The notes below the pieces were generated by a model that saw only the letters and a program-made list of their open reading frames with translations, made no database searches and had not been told where the DNA came from. The translations under genes and the position numbers were made by a program. From an uncultured bacterium (GTDB lineage Bacteria; Bacillota; Clostridia; Oscillospirales; Oscillospiraceae), in NCBI GenBank assembly GCA_947571605.1, contig CANOYV010000003.1, positions 3,976 through 67,975 on the forward strand: a stretch of 64,000 bases of DNA, in the 5' to 3' direction. Shown one piece after another: positions 30,316-39,178 of the stretch. Position 1 is the stretch's first letter. Each line of letters starts with the position of its first letter.

Positions 30316-30601
30316 GGGCGAACCGTCCTTTCATGCGGCGGTCAAGCTCGTCCTGGCTGTATACCCGGCCCGCCGCAATGTCGGCCTCGCTTCGGAGCAG
30401 CTTGGCATCTACCTCCTGGGCCGTCATATCCTCCCAGGCTTTGAGGGTGGGACGGAAAGGCATCCCACCCTCCCGCAAGCTCTGCTGGGCAAAAATGCGC
30501 ACGGCCTCCGCAAAAGAAGTGCCCAAATTGCGGTATAGCTCCTCCACTTCGGCCTTGAGGTCACTGTTCATTCTGATTTGCAGGGTGGCATCCATTGCCA
30601 T
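30293..30601 (-). CDS. RelB/DinJ-family antitoxin
   Basis: LQIRMNSDLKAEVEELYRNLGTSFAEAVRIFAQQSLREGGMPF. Confidence 0.85.
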   Translation of the reverse strand: MAMDATLQIRMNSDLKAEVEELYRNLGTSFAEAVRIFAQQSLREGGMPFRPTLKAWEDMTAQEVDAKLLRSEADIAAGRVYSQDELDRRMKGRFAHGTDTAV

Positions 30602-30613
30602 ATCCACCGCCTC

Positions 30614-30637
30614 CTTGTAGTGCTATTGTACTACAAG
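30614..30637. promoter_or_regulatory. Putative antitoxin autoregulatory operator
   Basis: CTTGTAGT-N8-ACTACAAG inverted repeat directly upstream of the antitoxin RBS. Confidence 0.5.
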
Positions 30638-30673
30638 TATTCCCTTGCGTCAAGAAAACTTGCTTGAAAGGAA

Positions 30674-31234
30674 GTGGCTGATTTGAAAATAGGTTACGTC
30701 CGTGTCAGCACCCAGGAGCAGAACACCATCCGGCAGGAGCTGCTAATGGAAAGCCTGGGTGCGGATGAGGTCTACATCGACCGCATGAGCGGCAAAAGCA
30801 CAGACAGGCCGGAGCTAAAAAAGCTGATGGAGTACGTGCGCCGGGGCGACACGGTGATCGTGGAATCCATCAGCCGGTTTGCCCGGAATACCCGCGACCT
30901 GCTGGAGCTGGTGGAGCGGCTGACGGCAAAAGGGGTGGAGTTTGTGTCCAAAAAGGAGGCCATCGACACCACCACCCCCAGCGGGAAGTTTATGCTTACC
31001 ATTTTCGGGGCGGTGGCCGAGCTGGAGCGGGAGTACATCCTACAGCGCCAGCAGGAGGGGATTGCCATTGCCAAGGCCCAGGGGGTTTATAAGGGCCGGA
31101 AGCCCATCGAACGCCCTGAGTTTCCCCAGGTGGCGGCGCTGTGGCGGGAGGGGAAAATCACGGCGGTGGAGGCCATGCGGCGGCTGGACATGAAGCCGCG
31201 CACGTTTTATCGGAGGGTGAAAGCCCTGCCGTAA
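30674..31234 (+). CDS. Small serine recombinase (resolvase/invertase)
   Basis: GYVRVSTQEQN, SGKSTDRPEL, SISRFARN, C-terminal HTH. Confidence 0.9.
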   Translation: MADLKIGYVRVSTQEQNTIRQELLMESLGADEVYIDRMSGKSTDRPELKKLMEYVRRGDTVIVESISRFARNTRDLLELVERLTAKGVEFVSKKEAIDTTTPSGKFMLTIFGAVAELEREYILQRQQEGIAIAKAQGVYKGRKPIERPEFPQVAALWREGKITAVEAMRRLDMKPRTFYRRVKALP

Positions 31235-31243
31235 AGAAAAAGA

Positions 31244-31585
31244 TCAGCCGCCCATTGGCTGATCTTTTTTTGCGTCCATTGCCATGAGAAACGTCCGCAG
31301 AAGCCGCTCCGCGTACTCCCGCTCCGTGGGTGTGGCGCTTTGAAGCATGAGGGCTATGGTATTGCTCTCCTCCACTGTGGACGTACCATATAAAATATAG
31401 TCCGTAGACAGCCGGAGGGCACGGGATATTTTACACAGGGTTGGGACGGACATTCCCTTCACCCCCAGCTCAATATCCGAGCAGAACTTGGGCGTCACGT
31501 CCAGCAGCTCGGCAAACTGCTCCCGGGTGTAGCCCATAAACTCCCGCTGTGTACGGATTCGCTTTCCAATCGCGCCCCAGTCCAT
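31244..31585 (-). CDS. XRE-family transcriptional regulator
   Basis: IGKRIRTQREFMGYTREQFAELLDVTPKFCSDIELG. Confidence 0.85.
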   Translation of the reverse strand: MDWGAIGKRIRTQREFMGYTREQFAELLDVTPKFCSDIELGVKGMSVPTLCKISRALRLSTDYILYGTSTVEESNTIALMLQSATPTEREYAERLLRTFLMAMDAKKDQPMGG

Positions 31586-31756
31586 TCAACCCCTCCGTTC
31601 CTTCTGTAGTTTAACCCGGAAAGTTGTAGTTATAAATAAACTTACAGGGTTGACTATTAAGAACTCTTGGGGTATATTTAACATGATAGGCCACTACAAC
31701 ACAGCCGGGATTTGGCCCAATCTCCATACTACACAAAAATGCAGGAGGATATGACT

Positions 31757-32323
31757 ATGGGAGAGTATGTCAAGAAGAAAAAAGATATGAAATTTCAAAG
31801 CCAGGATGCACTGAAAGCAGTTCAGACCGTGCTTGACGAAGCGGCCCAGGCATTGAATGACAAATCAAGAAAGATATCTGATTCTCCGATTGCCGATGCC
31901 CTCGCGGGCGCGGTGGGCGTAGGTCTGGGCGCGGGCATTGGCTTTGCGGGACTGTACCTCGGCGGCTCTGTTGTGGGCCTGAGCGCCGCAGGAATCACCA
32001 GCGGACTGGCCGCAGCCGGCGGACTGATTGGCGGTGGAATGGCGGCGGGACTCGCTGTATTGGCGGCCCCCGCCGTGGTGCTAGGCGGTGCTGGAATCGG
32101 TGTTGCTTCTCATATACGGAACAAAAAGCTGCGCGAAGCGAAAGAAATCCTTTACAAAGACGCTGTTGCCAAACAGTCAGCCATTGTAAGAGCATTGAAA
32201 GAGGAGACGAATGCGGATAAGGATCGAATTGAGTATCTGCAAAGCTTGAACATACTCCTCCAATCCGCTATCCGGGATTTGCAGCACGATTTGGGCAAAG
32301 ATGCCTTAGCGATTCGCACTTGA
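31757..32323 (+). CDS. Hypothetical glycine-rich membrane protein, paralog 1
   Basis: AGGAGG RBS; long Gly/Ala hydrophobic core and C-terminal coiled coil. Confidence 0.75.
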   Translation: MGEYVKKKKDMKFQSQDALKAVQTVLDEAAQALNDKSRKISDSPIADALAGAVGVGLGAGIGFAGLYLGGSVVGLSAAGITSGLAAAGGLIGGGMAAGLAVLAAPAVVLGGAGIGVASHIRNKKLREAKEILYKDAVAKQSAIVRALKEETNADKDRIEYLQSLNILLQSAIRDLQHDLGKDALAIRT

Positions 32324-32347
32324 TAAAGTATTGGAGGAATCCTTAAA

Positions 32348-32893
32348 ATGGGAGAATATATCACAAAAAAAGAGGACATGAAATTCCAAAGCCAGGAGGC
32401 CCTGGTTCCTGTGCAGAACGTCATCGACGAAGCGGGCAAGGTGCTGAACGATCCCTCGCTGCGGGTTGAGGATTCCGCCATCAGTGGGGCAATTACCGGG
32501 GCACTGGGTGCGGGTGCGGGCGGTGCCCTTGGATTTGCTGGGCTTTATTTTGGCGGTACGGTAGGGTTAAGTGCGGTAGGAATCACCAGTGGATTGGCCG
32601 CAGCCGGCGGGCTAATCGGCGGCGGTATGGCCGCAGGGCTTGCCGTATTGGCGGCCCCTGCTGTTATCCTGGGCGTAATTGGAGCCGCAATCGGCGCTGC
32701 TTCGGAGGAAGAAAAGCTCCATGAGGCAAAGGAGTTAGTATACAAAAACGCCATTGAAAAACAGACGGCGATCCTCAAAGTATTGGCCTTTGAAACCAAC
32801 GCGGATAAGGAGAGAATTGAGTATCTTACCGGCCTCAATATTCTCCTGGACTCCGCCATCAAAGATTTGAAACATGACTTGGGAATAGCGTGA
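32348..32893 (+). CDS. Hypothetical glycine-rich membrane protein, paralog 2
   Basis: Clear paralog of the preceding ORF (MGEY..K..DMKFQSQ.AL; GITSGLAAAGGLIGGGMAAGLAVLAAPAV). Confidence 0.78.
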   Translation: MGEYITKKEDMKFQSQEALVPVQNVIDEAGKVLNDPSLRVEDSAISGAITGALGAGAGGALGFAGLYFGGTVGLSAVGITSGLAAAGGLIGGGMAAGLAVLAAPAVILGVIGAAIGAASEEEKLHEAKELVYKNAIEKQTAILKVLAFETNADKERIEYLTGLNILLDSAIKDLKHDLGIA

Positions 32894-32914
32894 ATCCTTC
32901 TGGAGGGTAAATCA

Positions 32915-34315
32915 GTGAGCCATTTTAAATACTCCGATCAAGAGAAAGACTTGAATAAAGTATTGAAGATGAATTTGGACATCTCTAAGTCTCTGCAAAA
33001 TGATTCTGGCATGGCCTCCACCCGCAAAGAAGCCGACGCCGCCATCGCATCCTCCCTGGAACTACTGCAATCTCTTGGAAAAGGCAAAGAAGTGGGCAAA
33101 CTGGCCCAGGAGGTTTCCGAACATGGGAAAGACCGGCACCTGGAGCACCGGCCCGAAATAGAACCCTGGGAGGAGATTGTCCGTCAGGCCAACGAGTATT
33201 GCCCCACCCCTGTCATGCTGGAAGATATTATGTCCGACCGCGAGATACAGGCGGCGTTTGACGAGCGAGACGAAATCCGCAGACGCTTTGCGGAAAAGAC
33301 CAGCATCGTCAACCCTACGGACTTAACTTTTTTGACTGTCGCCACCGCCCTGCAAGTTGCCAAAAGCCTGATTTTCCCCTATGTAGCGGGGATGTTCCAC
33401 TATGGCGAGAGCTTTGACCCTGCCACCAGACTGGCCCATAATGACAAATCCATTGAGCGTGCGCACCGGCAAGCTAATGACGCATTCCGGGACAAGCGTT
33501 TGGAAAGCCATGGTACAGGCCACTGGATCAACATTCTGTATCAAACGCCTCCATACGACATTACAAAGGGCTCGGCGGCCATGGGCATCAACATGGGCGG
33601 GCGCTATCACCGAATGTACACCCTGGGCCATGACCCGATCCTGGGCTGGCTTTTCGGCACCATGAACATTTTAACCGATGTCATCACATTGAACAATTTC
33701 AACTCTTACCGGGTCATTCGAAAGCCTAAAATGATTATCACACCCGAGCCCGTTTCCATTGGTCAAATGATTCAGGAGAGCTATCAGCTTGTGCAGGATG
33801 ACTTTCTCAACCTCCCTGCGGCAGTCTTTGCCCAGGCACGGCATTTCAAGTCTGACGAGTACACAAAATGCGGGCTCCCGGTTCCGATTCTCTCCAGCCT
33901 CAACGAAAATTTTGCCAGCAAGCTCTATAGGTCGCAGTACGATGCCCTTTGCTTTGCCCGTGACGCCAAAATCGTGGGCGCATCATTTATCGTGTCAAAG
34001 CTCTTTGATATTGTCATCTCCCTCGTCCACGGGCTGTTCTGTACCGAAGGCGAGGACAAAGACCTGTTTGAGTGCAGGACGCGGAAAATCCTGCTAATCT
34101 CCAACAGCATCGCCTCCACCAGCACCATCATCCACGCGGGGATCACTGCCAATCCCAAAAATCTGGATATTGGCAGTCTGCTCAATACCATCACTCACCT
34201 GTTTACGGATATCCACTTCATTCTGCGGGTCAAGCAGGAGTTCATCGACAGCGAAATTTCAAGCAGATTGCAGAAGGAGCTTGACGAGGTGGACAGGCTG
34301 TACGAGACGATTTAA
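32915..34315 (+). CDS. Hypothetical 466-aa protein with hydrophobic segments
   Basis: Long lower-GC ORF with HRMYTLGHDPILGWLFG motif; third gene of the operon. Confidence 0.75.
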   Translation: MSHFKYSDQEKDLNKVLKMNLDISKSLQNDSGMASTRKEADAAIASSLELLQSLGKGKEVGKLAQEVSEHGKDRHLEHRPEIEPWEEIVRQANEYCPTPVMLEDIMSDREIQAAFDERDEIRRRFAEKTSIVNPTDLTFLTVATALQVAKSLIFPYVAGMFHYGESFDPATRLAHNDKSIERAHRQANDAFRDKRLESHGTGHWINILYQTPPYDITKGSAAMGINMGGRYHRMYTLGHDPILGWLFGTMNILTDVITLNNFNSYRVIRKPKMIITPEPVSIGQMIQESYQLVQDDFLNLPAAVFAQARHFKSDEYTKCGLPVPILSSLNENFASKLYRSQYDALCFARDAKIVGASFIVSKLFDIVISLVHGLFCTEGEDKDLFECRTRKILLISNSIASTSTIIHAGITANPKNLDIGSLLNTITHLFTDIHFILRVKQEFIDSEISSRLQKELDEVDRLYETI

Positions 34316-34322
34316 CCTAAAA

Positions 34323-34357
34323 GAATGCCCGAGCGGGATCGCCCTGCCCGGGCATTC
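34323..34357. terminator. Hairpin between the three-gene operon and the att site
   Basis: GAATGCCCG...CGGGCATTC stem. Confidence 0.55.
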
Positions 34358-34374
34358 GCCCCCTTCTCCCCACT

Positions 34375-34399
34375 GTTACCATACCGCTAACGCCACAGG
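34375..34399. other. Attachment site adjoining the spoVFA 5' portion (P arm plus CC core)
   Basis: Arm GTTACCATACCGCTAACGCC at 34375-34394 (exact reverse complement of 19824-19843), 3-bp spacer, core 34398-34399. Confidence 0.88.
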
Positions 34400-34783
34400 G
34401 ATTGCGTTCATCACCGCCAATTCCTCCTGTGCGAAATAGTCCCGCAGAACCAGTTCCCGCAACGCCGCCATCCGCTTCAAATCGCTCCCCGCCATCCCGG
34501 CGCATACAAGTTGGCCGGGACGCAGGGCGTTCAGCACTTCCTTCAGCTCATGACGCTCCGCCGCCAGCGGCGCGTTCAGCGTCCCGTCCGCCCACGCCGC
34601 CGGAAGGGGCAGGATTACACAATCCGCCCGGTCTATCCCGGCCATGGACGCCTCACATTTCATCTCTCCCCCCTGCTCCAGGGCGTAGGTATGCACGCTG
34701 TGACCGTCGTCGGCCAGCAGGACCGCCAACGCCGCCTGCCGGGGGTCGCCCCCCACTACCCAAATATTTTTTGCCCGCAGCAT
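34398..34783 (-). CDS. spoVFA: Dipicolinate synthase subunit A, 5' portion (interrupted gene)
   Basis: AGGAGG RBS; VVGGDPRQ, VILPLP, DYFAQEELAVMNAIP; the unexcised form stops at TAA 34376 inside the att arm. Confidence 0.92.
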
Positions 34784-34937
34784 GATAAACCTCCTGTCCG
34801 GGCCGACCGGCCCTCTCGTCATCAATCCAGTGTATTCCCCACCGGCCGGACAGGTGACTGAGCAAAACATCATGCACATGCAATTTTTTTGAAAAACGGG
34901 GCATACTGTTTTCACCAATACATTTGGAGGGAATAAT

Positions 34938-35573
34938 ATGCCAAACGCCTATCAAAACTACCACAAAGGCAACGTGGACTTTATGAAGAGCAAAACCCGG
35001 GAAAACCTGATGCGCTCCTTCGCAGGCGAGAGCCAGGCCCGCAACCGCTACACCATCGCCGCCTCCGCCGCCCGGGCGGAAAAGCTTGAGGTGGCGGCCC
35101 GCGTCTTCGAGTTCACCGCCGACCAGGAAAAGGCCCACGCCAAGGTGTTCTACGACCTGCTGCTGCCCTCTGCCGGGGCCAATATCGCCATTGACGGCAA
35201 CTACCCTGTCGATCTGTCGGACAAGACCCTGGATTTGTTGAAGGCCGCCCGCCACAACGAGTACCAGGAGTTTGAGCACGACTACGCCCAGTTCGCCAAA
35301 ATCGCCCATGAGGAGGGCTTTGATCTCATCGGCGGGCAGTTCGAGCTTATCGCGAAAATCGAGAAGGTCCACGGCGACCGCTTCGGCATGATGGCGGATC
35401 TGCTGGAGCGGGGCACGCTGTTCGGTGAGGATAACCATCAGACGGTGTGGATGTGCCTGAACTGCGGGGAAATCATCACCTCCTCCCTGGCCCCCCAGAC
35501 ATGCCCCGTCTGCCGCCACGGACAGGACTATTTCATCCGCCTGGACTGGGCGCCGTACACCGCAGGAAAATAA
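34938..35573 (+). CDS. Rubrerythrin-family protein
   Basis: FAGESQARNRY, QEKAHA, EKVH, C-terminal CLNCG...CPVC. Confidence 0.9.
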   Translation: MPNAYQNYHKGNVDFMKSKTRENLMRSFAGESQARNRYTIAASAARAEKLEVAARVFEFTADQEKAHAKVFYDLLLPSAGANIAIDGNYPVDLSDKTLDLLKAARHNEYQEFEHDYAQFAKIAHEEGFDLIGGQFELIAKIEKVHGDRFGMMADLLERGTLFGEDNHQTVWMCLNCGEIITSSLAPQTCPVCRHGQDYFIRLDWAPYTAGK

Positions 35574-35578
35574 ACCAA

Positions 35579-35608
35579 AAAGGGACCGCCCCAGGGACGG
35601 TCCCTTTT
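35579..35608 (+). terminator. Intrinsic terminator
   Basis: AAAGGGACCG...CGGTCCCTTTT. Confidence 0.65.
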
Positions 35609-35682
35609 CCCATTTTAGGATTGATTTTACTGTCAAGACAGCATATAATGATAGCCACAACAGAGAGGGAGGGATTCTCCAA

Positions 35683-37113
35683 ATGAAGCGCGATATCAAC
35701 TACACCATGCTCTTTGACTTCTACGAGCTGACCATGGGCAACGGCTACTTCCAGACCGGTCTGAAGAACCGCGTGTGCTACTTTGACGTGTTCTTCCGCA
35801 ACGTCCCCGACGGGGGCGGCTTTGCCATCGCCGCGGGGCTGGCGCAGGTCATTCAATACATCCAGGATCTCCACTTCGATGAGGAGGACATCCAGTACCT
35901 GCGGAGCAAAAAATGCTTCTCCTCCGAGTTTCTGGAGTATTTGAGGAACTTCCGCTTCACCGGCGACATCTGGGCCGTCCCCGAGGGCACCCCCATCTTC
36001 CCCCGGGAACCCATCCTCACCGTCCGCGCCCCGGCCATTGAGGCCCAGTTTGTAGAAACCTATCTCCTGCTGGCCCTGAACCACCAGTCCCTCATCGCCA
36101 CCAAGTCCAACCGCATCGTCCGGGCCGCCGAGGGCCGCCCGGTGTCCGAGTTCGGTTCCCGCCGGGCTCAGGGGTCGGACGGCGCGCTGCTGGGCGCCCG
36201 GGCCAGCTATATCGCCGGAGCCGGCGGCACCGCCTGCGCCATGGCCGACGAGCTGTACGGCACCCCCGCCACCGGCACCATGGCCCACTCCTGGGTGCAG
36301 ATGTTCCCCGACGAGTACACCGCCTTTAAGACCTACTGCCAGGTCTATCCCAAGGCCGCTACCCTTCTGGTGGACACCTACAATGTGCTCCACTCCGGCG
36401 TGCCCAACGCCATCCGCGTGTTCCAGGAGCTGGGCATCACCTCCGGCGGCATCCGCATCGACTCCGGCGACTTGACCTACCTGTCCAAGCAGGCCAGGAG
36501 GATGCTGGATAACGCGGGCCTTCCCGGCATCAAGATCGTGGCCTCCAACTCTCTGGACGAGTACATCATCCGGGACCTCATCACTCAAGGCGCTCGCATC
36601 GACGCCTTCGGCGTGGGCGAGCGGCTTATCACCTCCAAGAGCGAGCCGGTGTTCGGCGGCGTATACAAGCTGGCCGCCATCGAGGACGATGGCGGCAACC
36701 TCATCCCCAAGATCAAGATCAGCGAGAACGCCGGAAAGGTGACCATCCCCCACTTTAAAAAGGTGTACCGCCTCTTTGAAAACGCCACCGGCAAGGCCAT
36801 GGCTGATTATATCTGCGTCCACAACGAGCAGCCCGACTTCACCCAGCCTCTGGAGCTGTTCGATCCGGAGGCCACCTGGAAGCGCAAGACCGTTACCGAC
36901 TACACCGTCCGCGCCCTGCTGGTGCCCATCTTCCAAGGCGGCGAACTGGTGTACAAAATCCCCACCATCCAGGAATCCCGCGCCCACTGCCAGCGGGAGG
37001 TGGACAGCCTGTGGGACGAGGTGAAGCGCTTCGAGTACCCGCACAACTATTACGTGGACCTGTCCCAGAAGCTGTGGGACGTGCGGGCCGCGCTGCTGGC
37101 GGAGAGGCATTGA
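35683..37113 (+). CDS. pncB: Nicotinate phosphoribosyltransferase
   Basis: DFYELTM, EFGSRRAQG, GTMAHSW, LVDTYN, IRIDSGDL, FGVGERLIT. Confidence 0.93.
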   Translation: MKRDINYTMLFDFYELTMGNGYFQTGLKNRVCYFDVFFRNVPDGGGFAIAAGLAQVIQYIQDLHFDEEDIQYLRSKKCFSSEFLEYLRNFRFTGDIWAVPEGTPIFPREPILTVRAPAIEAQFVETYLLLALNHQSLIATKSNRIVRAAEGRPVSEFGSRRAQGSDGALLGARASYIAGAGGTACAMADELYGTPATGTMAHSWVQMFPDEYTAFKTYCQVYPKAATLLVDTYNVLHSGVPNAIRVFQELGITSGGIRIDSGDLTYLSKQARRMLDNAGLPGIKIVASNSLDEYIIRDLITQGARIDAFGVGERLITSKSEPVFGGVYKLAAIEDDGGNLIPKIKISENAGKVTIPHFKKVYRLFENATGKAMADYICVHNEQPDFTQPLELFDPEATWKRKTVTDYTVRALLVPIFQGGELVYKIPTIQESRAHCQREVDSLWDEVKRFEYPHNYYVDLSQKLWDVRAALLAERH

Positions 37114-37161
37114 GAAAAAAGGGCTTGCAAGGAAAAGCGGTTGATTGTGCGGAAAACAACG

Positions 37162-37494
37162 ATGAGTCGAAGAATTTGTACTATTGCGGTGTTCAATATC
37201 CTGGTATCTCTGATCGACAAAATCATTTTAATCCCCAGGGGCGCAGTTGGAGCGCCCCTGGTACTGACCCTTGTTTTGTGGTTCTTTATTTACAAACGTA
37301 AAAAATGGGCGTTTACGATATTTGGAATTCTCTCCCTTTTATCCGCGCTCACGGGCGTGCTTGGCATCTTTCTTTTTGCCGGATACTTATACCGCGGATT
37401 TGATCCTGTTCCCAGCCTCCTTATGGTGATTGTTGGGATCAGCTATGCGCTTTCGTGGCTGCTATTGCGCAAAGAGAGGAAGTATTTTGACTGA
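37162..37494 (+). CDS. Small hypothetical membrane protein
   Basis: 110-aa, about four hydrophobic segments, lower GC. Confidence 0.55.
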   Translation: MSRRICTIAVFNILVSLIDKIILIPRGAVGAPLVLTLVLWFFIYKRKKWAFTIFGILSLLSALTGVLGIFLFAGYLYRGFDPVPSLLMVIVGISYALSWLLLRKERKYFD

Positions 37495-37541
37495 TAAGCG
37501 CCAGTTTATTAGCCCACTGTCCGGGATAGATAACCGCGCGC

Positions 37542-37570
37542 TTGCAAACGTCCCCGCCCTGTGTTATACT
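37542..37570 (+). promoter_or_regulatory. SigA promoter of ahcY
   Basis: TTGCAA-N17-TATACT. Confidence 0.6.
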
Positions 37571-37610
37571 GTGCCTACCAAAAAATTTGCATCCGAAAGG
37601 AAGTTACATT

Positions 37611-38855
37611 ATGAGCATCATCCGTGACCCCGCCCCGGCTCCCTCCGGCCACCGCAAAATTGACTGGGTGCGCAATTTCATGCCCGCCCTGTCCCAGATC
37701 GAGGCCCGTTTCGTGAAAGAGCAGCCCTTTAAGGGCCTGCGCGCCGCCGTCTCCGTCCACCTGGAGGCCAAAACCGCCAACCTGGCCCTGGTGATGAAGG
37801 CGGGCGGGGCCGACGTGTACCTCACCGGCTCTAACCCCCTGTCCACCCAGGACGACGTGGCCGCCGGCGTGGCCGCCCGGGGCGTCAACGTGTTCGCCTG
37901 GCACGGCTCCACCCCCGAGGAGTACGAGGCCCATCTGATTGAGACGCTGAAATGCCACCCCCACATCGTCATCGACGACGGCGGCGACCTGGTGAACCTG
38001 CTCAGCGGCAAGTGCGGCGAGTACGCCGACTGCCTGATCGGCGGCTGCGAGGAGACCACCACCGGCATCCTGCGCCTGCGCGCCCGGGACCGGGAGGGCA
38101 CCCTGCCCTGCCCCATGATGGCGGTGAACGACGCCAAGGCCAAGCACTACTACGACAACAAATACGGCACCGGCCAGTCCGTCTGGGACGCCATCATGCA
38201 CATGACCAACCTGGTGGTGGCGGGCAAAACTGTGGTGGTGGCCGGGTACGGCTGGTGTGGCGCGGGCGTGGCCCTGCGGGCTGCGGGCATGGGCGCCGAC
38301 GTCATCGTCACCGAGATCGACCCCTTCAAGGCCCTGGACGCCACCATGAACGGCTACCGGGTCATGACCATGGCGGACGCCGCCCCCCTGGGGGACGTAT
38401 TCGTCACCGTTACCGGCTGTAAAGATGTCGTCACGCCGGAGCATTTCGCGGTGATGAAGCCCAACGCCCTGCTAAGCAATGCGGGCCACTTCGACTGCGA
38501 GGTCAACGTGAAGTGGCTGGAGGACAACGCCGTGGAGAAGTGGGAGCAGCGCGAGGGCATCACCGGCTACAAACTGGCCGACGGCAAGGTGCTCAACGTG
38601 CTGGCCGAGGGCCGCCTGGTGAACCTGGCGGGCGGCAACGGCCATCCGGCGGAGATCATGGACATGTCCTTCTCCGTCCAGGCCCTGGCGGCGGAGTGGC
38701 TGGTCAAGCACAAGGATGAGCTGACGAAAAAGCTCTACGATATCCCCGCTGAGATCGACGACCAGATCGGCTGGGCCAAGCTGGCCGCCCTGGGCCTGAC
38801 CATCGACAAGCTGACCCCCGAGCAGGAGGAATACCTCAACAGCGCCAATGCGTGA
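37611..38855 (+). CDS. ahcY: Adenosylhomocysteinase
   Basis: HLEAKTA, SNPLSTQDD, EETTTG, DNKYGTGQS, GRLVNL, GHPAEIMDMSF. Confidence 0.95.
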   Translation: MSIIRDPAPAPSGHRKIDWVRNFMPALSQIEARFVKEQPFKGLRAAVSVHLEAKTANLALVMKAGGADVYLTGSNPLSTQDDVAAGVAARGVNVFAWHGSTPEEYEAHLIETLKCHPHIVIDDGGDLVNLLSGKCGEYADCLIGGCEETTTGILRLRARDREGTLPCPMMAVNDAKAKHYYDNKYGTGQSVWDAIMHMTNLVVAGKTVVVAGYGWCGAGVALRAAGMGADVIVTEIDPFKALDATMNGYRVMTMADAAPLGDVFVTVTGCKDVVTPEHFAVMKPNALLSNAGHFDCEVNVKWLEDNAVEKWEQREGITGYKLADGKVLNVLAEGRLVNLAGGNGHPAEIMDMSFSVQALAAEWLVKHKDELTKKLYDIPAEIDDQIGWAKLAALGLTIDKLTPEQEEYLNSANA

Positions 38856-38860
38856 TCCTG

Positions 38861-39154
38861 CTTTTTCTTTGAAAAGACTGCAACGACACTTGCTTTTGCG
38901 CAGCAAAAGCTTAGTGGAGTGCGTCCCTGAAAGGAGAAAAGTGGGCAAAAAGAAACTTTTAGAGCGTTACAAACGAGGGAGAAAACGATTCTGTTTCCGC
39001 TCGGTAATGAAGCCAAAGCAACCATATAGAAAAATTTATAATCATAGCATTGTAAGGCGGGGCAGAAACAACCAGGTTTCTGCCCCGCCTTGAATGATGA
39101 AAATGATATAGATAGCAGTTTAAAGTTTCTTTTTCGCTTCCTTTTTCTTTGAAA
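38861..39154. repeat. AT-rich palindromic intergenic segment with terminator
   Basis: 14-bp direct repeat CTTTTTCTTTGAAA at 38861 and 39141; internal palindromes; strong hairpin AAGGCGGGGCAGAAAC...GTTTCTGCCCCGCCTT. Confidence 0.45.
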
Positions 39155-39178
39155 TGAAAAAGGCTGGCCCCGTCCCCG

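Larger units (their letters stand above)
19819..34399. mobile_element. Serine-integrase intervening element (14,579 bp) inserted in spoVFA
   Basis: Splits spoVFA; CC core at both ends; 20-bp arms in inverted orientation; large serine recombinase, P4-type helicase, Xis-like HTH, TA modules, several lower-GC segments. Confidence 0.92.

Noticed and set aside
19819-34399. Calling the element a prophage or ICE
   Set aside because: No terminase, capsid, tail, lysis, relaxase or T4SS genes are recognisable between the att sites.
34784-34937. SigK promoter for spoVFA
   Set aside because: CATGATGTT is only a partial -10 match; expected from B. subtilis but not supported well enough here.
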